64,000 nt of DNA from Selaginella moellendorffii (taxonomy: Eukaryota; Plantae; Lycopodiophyta). The stretch spans positions 836,089 to 900,088 of the forward strand of contig NW_003314330.1 in the NCBI RefSeq assembly GCF_000143415.4. The letters are read 5' to 3'. Position 1 is the first letter of the stretch, and every line of letters begins with the position of its first letter. Of the stretch, positions 22,689 through 33,869 are shown one piece after another. A program made the translations under genes and the position numbers. The notes under the pieces were generated by a model, which did not search any database, was not told the origin of the DNA, and worked only from the letters and a program-made list of their open reading frames with translations.

Positions 22689-25600
22689 ATGGCGGCCGCG
22701 AGCGCTCCCATCACTATGAAAGAGGCCCTGGTGGTGCGTATTTTGGTTTTGGATTTATTTGCTAGAAATCAGCATTGGATTGTCTAATTTTGTTCTTGGC
22801 AGCTCACGAGCTTGGGCATCAATCCCCAATGCATCACTTTCAACCATGTCACGATGGAATCCGAGAAGTACATATGCGTGAGAGAGACCACGCCGCAGAA
22901 CAGCGTGGTTATCATCGACATGAACTTGCCTCTGCAGCCTCTTCGCCGACCCATTACTGCCGATTCCTCGCTGATGAATCCCATCACTAAAATTCTGGCT
23001 CTAAAAGGTATGACATTTCATTTTCGCGTGATCCGGAGGATACAACTTAACTGGTTTGCTCGTACGCAGCTCAAATTCCTGGCACGAGCCAGGATCATCT
23101 CCAGATTTTTAACATAGAAATGAAGGCTAAGATGAAATCTCATCAAATGTCGGAACAGGTAATCGGGTGATTTCACTGGCTGTTTGGTGTGACGTCTTCT
23201 TTTCCGCTTGGAAGGTGGTTTTCTGGAAATGGATAACTTCAAAGATGCTTGGGCTTGTCACGCAGCAAGCCGTCTATCACTGGTCTATAGAAGGTATTTT
23301 TAAGAATTTGCTTACATCAACTGATTACAGCTACGACTAGGTGATTCTGAGCCGGTCAAGGTGTTTGATAGAACGGCTAACCTGTCGGGAAATCAAATTA
23401 TTAACTACCGCTGTGATCCTTCTGAGAAGTGGCTAGTTCTGATAGGCATTGCTCCAGGCTCTCCCGAGGTATCCATTTCTTGAAAAGTTTCTTGTAGCTA
23501 ACAAAGAAACTCTTTTAGCGTCCACAACTGGTGAAAGGAAACATGCAACTCTTTTCAGTCGATCAGCAGCGAAGTCAAGCTTTGGAAGCTCATGCTGCAT
23601 CTTTCGCTACATTCAAGGTTAAGTTAACGGAAACATATGCACGTGATCATCTGTTAATCGTCGGTACTTGCAGGTCTCCGGAAACGAAGCTCCTTCCACT
23701 CTGATATCGTTCGCAACGAAGTCAGTTACGTCTGGCACGCTAGTATCAAAGTTGCATGTTATCGAACTTGGTGCCCAGCCAGGTCTGTTGTCTGTTTCCT
23801 TTTAGCGTGATTCTTATACCTAAAGTTCATCAGGGAAGGCAGCGTTTACAAAGAAACAAGCAGACTTGTTCTTCCCTCCCGACTTTGCAGACGACTTCCC
23901 CGTCTCGATGCAGGTAAAGTGTGTTGGAGGTTATACGCATTGATAACATTCCTTCCCGCAGATCTCACAAAAGTATAGCCTTATCTATGTTATTACGAAA
24001 CTCGGTCTTCTTTTTGTATATGATCTGGAGACTGCAACGGCTGTCTATAGGAATCGTATTAGTCCAGATCCCATTTTCCTGACATCCGATTCCCCGTCAA
24101 CTGGGGGATTTTATGCAGTTAATCGTCGAGGGCAAGTTCTATTGGCTACTGTTAACGAGGCAACTGTCGTTCCCTTCGTCAGCGGTCAGGTACTAGTGTT
24201 CATCCGTACTGCTACTGTCCTAACAACTTTCTTTTTGTTTATTTTGAAGCTTAACAATTTAGAGCTTGCGGTCAACCTTGCTAAGCGTGGCAACCTTCCT
24301 GGAGCCGAGAACCTGGTAACCCTTTTATCTTCGATGATCTTTCTCTTTGCTACCTCTTACTGTATCGTTCTATGTGAGTAGGTTGTGCAACGGTTTCAGG
24401 AGTTATTCCAACAAATGAAGTACAAAGAAGCTGCGGAGCTTGCAGCTGAGTCCCCTCAAGGAATCCTTCGCACGCATGACACTATTACGAAGTTCCAGGT
24501 CAGATGCTTATTGTCATTTTCTTAATTCATTTTTTAAACGTTGTTTCTTTTCGAGTAGAGTGTTCCTGTGCAACCTGGACAGACGTCACCTCTGCTTCAG
24601 TATTTTGGTACATTGCTTACAAAGGGGAAACTCAACGCTTTTGAGTCTCTGGAGCTTTCACGTCTCGTTGTCACTCAAAACAAGAAAAACCTTTTGGAAA
24701 ATTGGTTGGCTGATGATAAACTCGAGTGCAGTGAAGAACTTGGTGATCTTGTCAAGGTCTGAACAACATCGTTCTTAGTTACCTACTCCTGACCGTTTTT
24801 TGTTGCAGTCGGTTGATAATGATATGGCCTTAAAAATCTTCATCAAAGCAAGGGTTACACCAAAAGTGGTCGCGGCATTTGCAGAACGTGGAGAGTTCGA
24901 TAAAATTCTCATTTATTCTAAGCAAGTACGATTTTCGTGTTTTTTATGTTCAATTTTCCTGGCTAATATCTTTGTCCTAGGTTGGTTATACTCCAGATTA
25001 TCCCTTCCTTCTGCAATCTATATTGCGAACGGATCCTCAGGTATAGTTCGTTGTCTTACTCATGGTTTTCCCGTATTGATCCTCTGTGCAGGCGGCCGTA
25101 AATTTTGCTCTCATGATGGCTCAAATGGAAGGCGGATGTCCAATGGACTACAACGTTATTACCGATCTTTTTCTGCAGGTACTTCTTTCACGTATAAGTT
25201 TGTATGAAATCGGCTGATAACGTTTATTTCTGTCATGCTTAGCGAAACCTGATACGTGAAGCAACATCCTTTTTACTGGATGTTTTGAAGCCGAACCTTC
25301 CCGAGCATGCGATGTTGCAGACAAAGGTTTTATTCGTTAACTTAAATTTTGTTTGGTATTTTATCCCGTCTTCAGGTTCTAGAGATAAATCTAGTGACAT
25401 TCCCGAACGTAGCGGATGCAATTTTGGCCAACGGAATGTTTAGTCACTACGATAGGCCTCGGATTGGGCAGCTTTGCGAGAAGGCTGGCCTATACACGAG
25501 AGCATTGCAGGTATATTTTTGTCGGCATGATGCCATTCTCTTTAACAGTACTTGCTTTCAGCACTATACGGACCTGAATGACATCAAGCGTGTGATTATC

Positions 25601-28600
25601 AACACACACGCTATTGAACCCCAGGTGAGACTTCCTTTTGTTACATTTCAAACGTTATCTAACTGTTTAAAAACAGGCTTTAGTGGAATTTTTTGGAACC
25701 CTCTCGCGTGACTGGGCTATGGATTGTATGAAGGAATTGTTGCTGGTTAATATGCGAGGAAATCTGCAAATAGTTGTGCAGGTAATTCTAGACTTAAAAA
25801 ACGGATTTAAACTATTGTCTGGTTCTTCCAGGTTGCCAAAGAATACTCAGAACAGCTAGGCATTGGAGCCTGTGTGAAGCTTTTTGAGCAGTTTAAATCA
25901 TACGAAGGTTTATACTTCTTTTTGGGATCCTTTTTGAGCTCGAGGTATATCCGTGGTTTTAAAATTGCATGTAATCAAGTGTCTTGTGCAGCGAGGACCC
26001 GGATATTCACTTCAAATATATTGAAGCAGCAGCTAAAACGGGCCAACTGAAAGAGGTAGAGCGTGTCACCAGGGAATCGAATTTCTATGATGCAGAGAAG
26101 ACCAAGAACTTTCTGATGGAAGCTCGTCTTCCTGACGCTCGTCCTCTCATCAACGTGTGTGATAGATTCGGTTACGTTCCTGATTTGACACACTACTTGT
26201 ATTCGAACAACATGCTTCGGTATATTGAAGGCTACGTCCAAAAGGTACGGATTCAATGCATTTGTTGCTCTATAATCGTTTTGAAATTTTCAGGTCAATC
26301 CTGCAAACGCACATCTGGTCGTGGGCCAACTTTTAGATGATGAATGTCCTGAGGATTTTATTAAAAATCTCATCCTCTCTGTTCGATCGTTACTACCGGT
26401 TGAGCCTCTTGTTGAGCAATGCGAGAAACGGTCTGTTTCGTTTTTTCATGTATCTCATTATTGAGCTTAATTTTCTTTTCCAGTAATCGGCTGAGACTTC
26501 TCACTCAGTTTTTGGAGCACCTGGTTAGCGAAGGTAGCCAAGACGTGCATGTGCACAATGCGCTCGGAAAAATTATCATCGATACGAACAACAATCCCGA
26601 GCACTTCTTGACTACAAATCCGTACTATGACTCGAAAGTTGTCGGGAAGTATTGTGAGAAGCGGGATCCCACCCTGGCAGTGGTTGCTTACCGTCGTGGT
26701 CAGTGCGACACAGAGCTTATTAATGTTACGAATAAGAATTCCCTGTTTAAGCTTCAATCACGGTGAGTAGAGAACAATATTCATTTCTGGTTTCTAGGAT
26801 TATCATATATTGTTTTCTGCAGCTATGTTGTGGAACGAATGGATGCGGATCTTTGGGCTCTAGTATTGAATCCCGAGAACCCCTACAGACGCCAACTTAT
26901 TGACCAAGTAGTATCTACCGCCTTACCAGAGAGCAAGAGTCCCGATCAAGTTTCAGCAACAGTTAAAGCATTCATGACTGCTGACTTGCCTCACGAGCTT
27001 ATTGAGTTGCTGGAAAAGATCGTCCTCCAAAATTCAGCATTCAGTGGCAACCCGAACTTGCAAAATCTTCTGATATTGACTGCCATCAAGGCTGACAAGT
27101 CGCGGGTCATGGATTACGTCAACCGACTAGACAACTTCGATGGTCCTGCCGTTGGAGAGATTGCTGTTGGTGCGGAGCTGTTTGAGGAAGCGTTTGCTAT
27201 CTTCAAAAAGTTCAACTTGAACGTGCATGCTGTCAACGTGCTTCTTGACAACATCCGTAGTATCGATCGTGCTGTGGAGTTTGCTTCGCGAGTTGAGGAG
27301 GACGAGGTCTGGAGCCAAGTAGGAAAGGCTCAGCTGAAGGAAGGCCTGGTCAGCGATGCCATCGAGTCGTTTATTCGAGCAGACGATGCAACGCAGTTCA
27401 ACGACGTCATACTGGCAGCAAACCAGGCTAGAGTTTTTGAGGATCTCGTCAAGTACTTGCATATGGTGCGGAGGAAAGTTAAGGAGCCCAAGGTGGACTC
27501 TGAGCTCATTTATGCGTACGCACGGATTGAGAAGCTCGGGGAGATCGAGGAGTTTATTCTGCAGCCTAATGTGGCCAACCTGCAAAATGTTGGCGACCGT
27601 CTCTTTGACGAGACGCTTTACGAAGCTGCGAAGATTATCTTCACTCATATCTCCAACTGGGGTCGTCTTGCAAGTACTCTCGTCAAGCTCCACCAATTCC
27701 AAGGTGCAGTTGACGCTGCCAGGAAGGCCAACAGTGCGAAGACGTGGAAAGAAGTTTGCTTCGCTTGTGTTGACGCGGAAGAGTTCAGGCTCGCACAAAT
27801 ATGTGGTCTCAACGTCATTGTCCAGGTAAGGCTATAGTTTCTGGTTATACTCTATCTTTGGTTGGTCTAATCTGTTATTAAATCCAGGTGGATGATTTGG
27901 AGGAAGTGAGTGACTACTACCAGAATAGGGGACGATTCGATGAACTGATTTCTCTAATGGAAAGTGGTCTTGGACTCGACCGCGCACACATGGGTATATT
28001 TACAGAGCTCGGAATATTATATGCCAAGTATCGGTCCGAGAAGCTTATGGAACACTTGAAGCTTTTCTCAACCCGAATCAACATTCCAAGGCTCATTCGC
28101 GTTTGCAACGAACAAAAGCACTGGAAAGAACTCACGTATCTGCACATTCAGTACGACGAGTATGACAATGCCGCTGCAACTATTATGAACCACTCTCCCG
28201 ATGCCTGGGATCACATGCAGTTCAAGGATGTCTGCGTTAAGGTTGCCAACGTGGAGCTGTACTACAAAGCTGCCCACTTCTATCTTCAAGAGCATCCCGA
28301 CCTCTTGAACGATCTGTTAATGGTCTTAGCTCCCCGTGTCGATCACACTCGTGTGGTAGACATAATGCGCAAGGTTTGTGTTTTGATTCTCTTGCCGCGT
28401 TTGTGACACCTTTGTCTGCAGGCTAGAAACCTTCATCTCGTGAAGCCTTACATGGTGGCTGTGCAAAGTGCAAATGTGGCCGCTGTGAATGAGGCTCTGA
28501 ACGAGCTTTACGTCGAAGAAGAAGATTACGACCGTCTCAGAGAATCCATCGATCTTCACGACAATTTTGATCAAATTTCTTTGGCACAAAAGGTTTGAGG

Positions 28601-29397
28601 ATCCTTGCTTTTTCTTGAGATCTTTTAACATGGAAGACACTGTTTTGCAGCTTGAAAAGCACGAGCTTATCGAATTGCGCCGCGTCTCTGCCTACATTTA
28701 CAAGAAAGCAGGAAGATGGCGCCAGTCTGTTGCGCTGTCCAAGAAGGACAATCTCTACAAGGACGCGATGGAAACTGCATCGCAATCTGGAGATCGTGAT
28801 CTTGCCGAAGAACTGCTGTCGTTCTTTATTGAACAGGTAACTTCAACTAGCGGAAAACGTTTTACTAATTATTGGATCGCAATTGTGTGTTTCAGCAAAA
28901 GAAGGAATGCTTCGCGTCCTGCCTGTTTACATGTTACGATTTGATCCGGCCCGACGTAGCATTGGAGCTTGCCTGGATAAACAACATGATCGACTTCTCC
29001 TTCCCTTACCTGTTACAAGTAAGACCTTGGAGTTCTTCCTCATGACTTCTGACACTTTGCTATCGACTCTAGTTCATCCGCGAGTACACCAGCAAGGTGG
29101 ACGATCTGATCAAAGACAAGCTAGCAGCCGACCAGGAGGTCAAGAGCAAGGAGAAGGAAGAGAAGGATCTAGTGGCTCAACAGGTTTGTCTCCTCACCCC
29201 ATTTGCTGCAACTATAGACTGAATTCGATCTGGATATGCAACTCTTGCAGAACATGTACGCTCAGCTCCTTCCTCTGGCTCTGCCCGCTCCTCCGATGCC
29301 CGGCATGGGAGGCGGTCCTCCAGGATTCAACCCGGGAATGCCACCTCCATTTGGTGGAATGCCTGGCTACGGCATGCCTCCCATGGGCGGATATTAG
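22689..29397 (+). CDS. CHC: Clathrin heavy chain, ~30 exons
   Basis: [38 protein letters not shown]; CHCR repeats; Pro/Gly/Met-rich tail ending PPMGGY*. Confidence 0.97.
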
Positions 29398-29568
29398 AGG
29401 TAGGAAGATTATCTTTTGTTTTCAATCACGAAAGACTACACAGGTGAAGGGTCTAGCAGAGATTTTTTGTAAATTTAGATCGAGAATAATATATGGTCTT
29501 GTATTTTTCTTTCTTTTTATCAGCGTGGAAGTCACTCACCTTGCAAATAAAATGCAGATACCAAAGTA

Positions 29569-29650
29569 AGAAGTTGTCTTGTCCTGCTGGCTCTTCTGCA
29601 ACTTCTTGATAGAAGTTGTCTTGTGCTGCTGGCTCTTCTGCAACTTCTTG
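29569..29650. repeat. Short tandem duplication (~40 bp x2)
   Basis: agaagttgtcttgt(c/g)ctgctggctcttctgcaacttcttg present twice. Confidence 0.85.
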
Positions 29651-30060
29651 TTTCGTAGTTTGATAGAAATCGTCTTGAAGCAGCAGACTCGGCTAAAACT
29701 GTGAGAGGACCACCAAGCTAAAAGGTAAAAGCACTTTCGCGTACGGTGGAAGCATCAGGATCATAAGATAGGCCTCTCACTCGTAAGCTTCTCTCGTATA
29801 AATTCAGCTGCTTTTATGAATAACCTTTGTTCTTTCTTTCGTTCACATGGGTTGATGCAATCCGTATGGGGATCTCGTAGCTTATTGTGACCATTGACTA
29901 GTCAAAAGGCCCTCAGCCGACGCCTTCTTTCTGGCGAGAATGCGGTAATACACGATCACACAGACTCAGGGAGTAGAAATCTCTCGCTCGCTCGCTCGTA
30001 GACTGGCAGCTACGAGGATGTTGCTGAAGACACCAAGTCGATCAATCGGCTGGCTTTTGC

Positions 30061-31060
30061 TCCTTGAACGATCTGTTAATCCCCGTTGTTGATCACACTC
30101 GTGTGGTTGACATAACGCTCAAGGTTTGTATTTTGATTCTCTTGCCGGACACCTTTCTGCAGGCTAGAAACCTTCAAGCCATACATGGCTGTGCAAAGCG
30201 CAAATGTGGCCGCTGTGAACGAGGTACGTTGAAGAAGAAGATTGAGATCGCCTAAGAGAATCCATTGATCTTCAAATTTCTTTGGCGCAAAAGGTTTGAA
30301 CTTGCCAAAGACACTGTTTTGCAGCTTGAAAAACACGAGCTTATCGCCTACATTTACAAGAAAGCAGGAAGATGGAGCCAATCTGTTGCGCTATCCAAGA
30401 AGGACAATCTTTGTACAAGAAACGGCATCGCAATCTGGAGATCATGATCTTGCTGAAGAACTGCTGTCGTTCTTTATTGAACAGGTAACTTGGATAACAA
30501 TTAACTAATGATTGGATCGCAATCATTAGTGTGATCAGCAAAGAAGGAATGCTTTATGTCTTGCCTGTTTACATGTTACGATTTGATACGGCCCGACGTA
30601 GCATTAATCCAAATATCTGGATAAACAACATGATTGACTGAACCTTACCTATTACAAGTAAGACCTTAGAGTTCTGACTTCTGACTCTTTGCTATTGACT
30701 CTGCGAGTACACCAGCAAGGTGGACGATCTGATCAAATACAAACTAGCGCAGACTAGAGGTCAAGAGCAAGGAGAAGGAAGAGAAGGATTTAATACATAT
30801 TTCCTCACATATAAACTGATTATTTATTTGGATATGCAACTCTTGCAGAACATGTATGCTTAGCTCCTTCCTCTGCCAGAATTCAACCAAGGAATGCCAC
30901 CCCCGTTTGGAGGAATGCCTAGCTACAGCATGCCTCCATATACTAGAGGTAGAGAGAGCTTCATTTTCTCTTTTGTTTTCAATCATGAAAGACTACACAA
31001 GTGAGGGATCTAGCAGAGATTTTTTTGTAAGTTTTGATCGAGAATAATATATTGTCTTGT
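30061..31060 (+). pseudogene. Partial tandem duplicate of the CHC 3' end (introns and 3'UTR retained)
   Basis: Collinear with ~28303-29500, with many deletions and frameshifts. Confidence 0.9.
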
Positions 31061-31118
31061 ATAGCTGCTATCTTTGCTGGTGGAAAAAAGAAAGCTACTT
31101 CATTTGAAAAACTTTAAA

Positions 31119-31190
31119 CGCCGTTGCCGGGGATCGAACCCGGGTCGTCCGCGTGACAGGCGGAAATACTTACCACTATACTACAACGAC
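31119..31190 (-). tRNA. tRNA-Asp(GTC)
   Basis: RC GTCGTTGTAGTATAGTGGTAAGTATTTCCGCCTGTCACGCGGACGACCCGGGTTCGATCCCCGGCAACGGCG. Confidence 0.93.
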
Positions 31191-31684
31191 CTCGTGTTAG
31201 AAGCTTTTGAACATTGAAGAATATATTTACAAACTCCTAGCATGATTGTGCTAGCTAGAAAGATGATGGTCGATTATCAACCATAAAGCCGCTCCAAGGA
31301 TATCTCCGAGACTCTCGCCTCCCCGGGACGGATCCAATCTCGGCAAAGTAGATGTCGTTGTAGCCGAATACAGACGCCCCAAGATCACATTGATGACTTT
31401 CTTGCTCAAGAGTGAAGATTTCCCAGCATTGGGAGCTCCAATTATAAAAGAAGACGAAGAGGTACAAGAACATCTACTCGAAGTCCGAATCTGAGGGAGC
31501 CTGGAGGGAGCTGGATGAGGTGATTGTGGGGAAGTTATCCAGCTTTTCCTTCGCAGCTGCATCTATAAAATGAGCAATTTGCAAGCAAGATTTCCATATT
31601 AGCATTAAATGTACTCTACTTCCTATAGCTAAGCCCATGTGCTTTTTCATTGTCTTGTTTTATGTCGCTTACTGGAGATTGTAA

Positions 31685-31766
31685 GTCAGTATGTCCGAGT
31701 GGTTAAGGAGACAGACTTGAAATCTGTTGGGTTTCACCCTCGCAGGTTCGAATCCTGCTGCTGGCG
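31685..31766 (+). tRNA. tRNA-Ser(TGA)
   Basis: GTCAGTATGTCCGAGTGGTTAAGGAGACAGACTTGAAATCTGT..GCAGGTTCGAATCCTGCTGCTGGCG; long variable arm. Confidence 0.92.
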
Positions 31767-31818
31767 TCTGTGTCCTTGTCCTGTTTAAGATTTGAGAAAA
31801 AAAGTTTTTTAACTAAGC

Positions 31819-32099
31819 ATGATTGCAATACTCATTGTTTGTTTGAATTTTCCTGATTCCACTCTTGCATAAGGTAGATCCCATTGTCGAGGTGAAACTC
31901 AAGCTGTGCACTGTGGGCAAATTCGGCCTAAGCGCAACTGCAAGTATCAGCAGCGCGTGTGCAAAGGTGGCGAGAGTTCAGCATCGCTTGGAACATCAAA
32001 CCCCTCAGGCTCCATTTCTGCAACTCTGCGGGCGATTTTGAAGAATGCTTACTCAAAACAAAGTGGCATGAAGCTGACTTCGACTGCCAGATGGGTTGA
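31819..32099 (+). pseudogene. Disrupted paralog of the secreted Cys-rich ORF at 32756
   Basis: CRGETQAVHCGQIRPKRNCKYQQRVCKGGE..GDFEECLLKTKWHEADFDCQMG* with deletion, early stop and frameshift. Confidence 0.65.
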
Positions 32100-32570
32100 G
32101 TCCGGTGATTTCAATACTCCTGTTACAATTTGTTCCGGTGTCATAATATTATCCGTTTTACTTTTTCAACACATACTGTGTCCGCACGAATTCAGTGCAG
32201 TTCAAGTCGTAAACTCGGTTCACAGTCCAACTAAATTGTTGGCTGTGGCATGGAGAACCAGCCAGTACGAAATTGATTTCCAAGGCTGCAAGATAGAAGA
32301 GAGTAAAGCCTGGAACGCGAAGCTGGCGAGCTAAGTGGGACCCTGGAGCGAGGACTGAGCATGGAGTGGGCGTGAAGATGGAGGGAGCTAGAAGACCACA
32401 AAACAAACTTGAAAATTTATTTGCGCAGTCTCATTCCTCTTGCTGGACTCCCAAAACAGAATATATAGGAAGCAGATCCATGGACAGGGCAAATGCGGAG
32501 AGCAGTTCAATCAGGAGGAGATCTTGCACTTGTAAGGAACTTAAAGGGGTCCATGGCACAATGGCACTAG

Positions 32571-32648
32571 ATCAGAAATGCCGCGTGGTTAAGGAGACAG
32601 ACTTGAAATCTGTTTTCGCCCTCGTAGGTTCGAATCCTGCTGCTGACG
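32571..32648 (+). pseudogene. tRNA-Ser(TGA) degenerate copy
   Basis: Anticodon and T arms retained; altered 5' acceptor/D arm and shortened variable arm. Confidence 0.75.
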
Positions 32649-32755
32649 TTCATTGAGCTTTGAGAAAAATTGTGTAAGCTTTGAGAATATGCTAAGGTGG
32701 CCTCATATTTATAATGCACCCAGCCATCCTTAAAGCAACGCTTCCATAGGCAAGC

Positions 32756-33136
32756 ATGATTTATAGCGCTGCAATACTCGTTGCTTGTTTGCTTTTCCTG
32801 CAGAAGGTAGATGCGGGCTGGGTTTTGTTTTCGAATGGGGAGGTAGGGGCTGGCTGTGGAACAAATGCATGTTCTATTCCGAATTGCGCCCTGCTTGTTG
32901 AGCGCGTCCATGGCTGCACTGGGGGCGAAACTCAAGCTGTGCATTGTGGGCAAATCCGGGCCAAGGGCAACCGCAAGTATCAGCAGTGGAAGAGCGTGTG
33001 CAGAGGTGGCGAGTTCAGCATCGATTGGAACATCAAACCCCTCAGGCTCCAGTTCCGCAACTCTGCAGGCAACTTTGAAGAATGCCTGTTCAAAACAAAC
33101 TGGCGTGGAGCCGAATTCGGCTGTCAGATGGGTTGA
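32756..33136 (+). CDS. Putative small secreted cysteine-rich protein (126 aa), family unknown
   Basis: Signal-like MIYSAAILVACLLFLQKVDA; 8 Cys in the mature part; TATA-like tatttataat ~45 bp upstream; many differences from the paralog are synonymous in this frame and the stop codon is shared. Confidence 0.6.
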   Translation: MIYSAAILVACLLFLQKVDAGWVLFSNGEVGAGCGTNACSIPNCALLVERVHGCTGGETQAVHCGQIRAKGNRKYQQWKSVCRGGEFSIDWNIKPLRLQFRNSAGNFEECLFKTNWRGAEFGCQMG

Positions 33137-33736
33137 CTTTGTAGTCGTGTTTTCTAATCAATTATGTTGGTGATGAACATGCATCATTGTGTTTGAATTA
33201 TTATTATTATTATTCCATAGTTTTCGGGTCTGGCATGTGCCACAACATGAATTTGGAGATATGAAACCATTGCCAGAGCTGACAATAAGCTGCACAGCCG
33301 TAGAGCACATGAAATACATCTGTGATGCGAACAGGGTGTGTTCTTGTTGGTCTGCCTCGTACTGAGAGCTATACAAGATGATAGATCCACACACATGTGT
33401 CGAAGGTGCTTCTCCAAATGGCAGCTAATCAGTCCTTACAAAGTGTTCAATTTGTAAACATGATTTCCATACTAATCTACCATGCACTCTACTTTCTTTG
33501 GCTATAAAGAAAATGAGGCTTTTTTGGGTCCACAATAACAGGCAGCAGAGTTTTGCTCAACCATCACTGTCTGATTGTGATGAAGCGTAGACCTTTTTTC
33601 CTTGAAATTATTGTGCACAAAGCATGAGCTTTCCTGGATGAACGACGAGAGCTCATCCAAATTGGTTGTAAGAAACTCAGGCTGGGCGTTTGGTCACAAA
33701 ACATGCTTCTCTTTGTCTTGTATTTTGGAAAATTTT

Positions 33737-33797
33737 TTCAGTATGTCCGAGTCAGACTCGAAATCTCACCCTCGCAGGTTCGAATCCTGCTGCTGAT
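33737..33797 (+). pseudogene. tRNA-Ser pseudogene (internally deleted)
   Basis: tcagtatgtccgagt..cagactcgaaatct..ctcgcaggttcgaatcctgctgctga. Confidence 0.75.
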
Positions 33798-33869
33798 ACC
33801 ATCTCCTATGCAATGTGCGTTCACATTTTTGTTCAGCTTTTCCAGAAATGTGTGTAAGAATTCCAAGAG

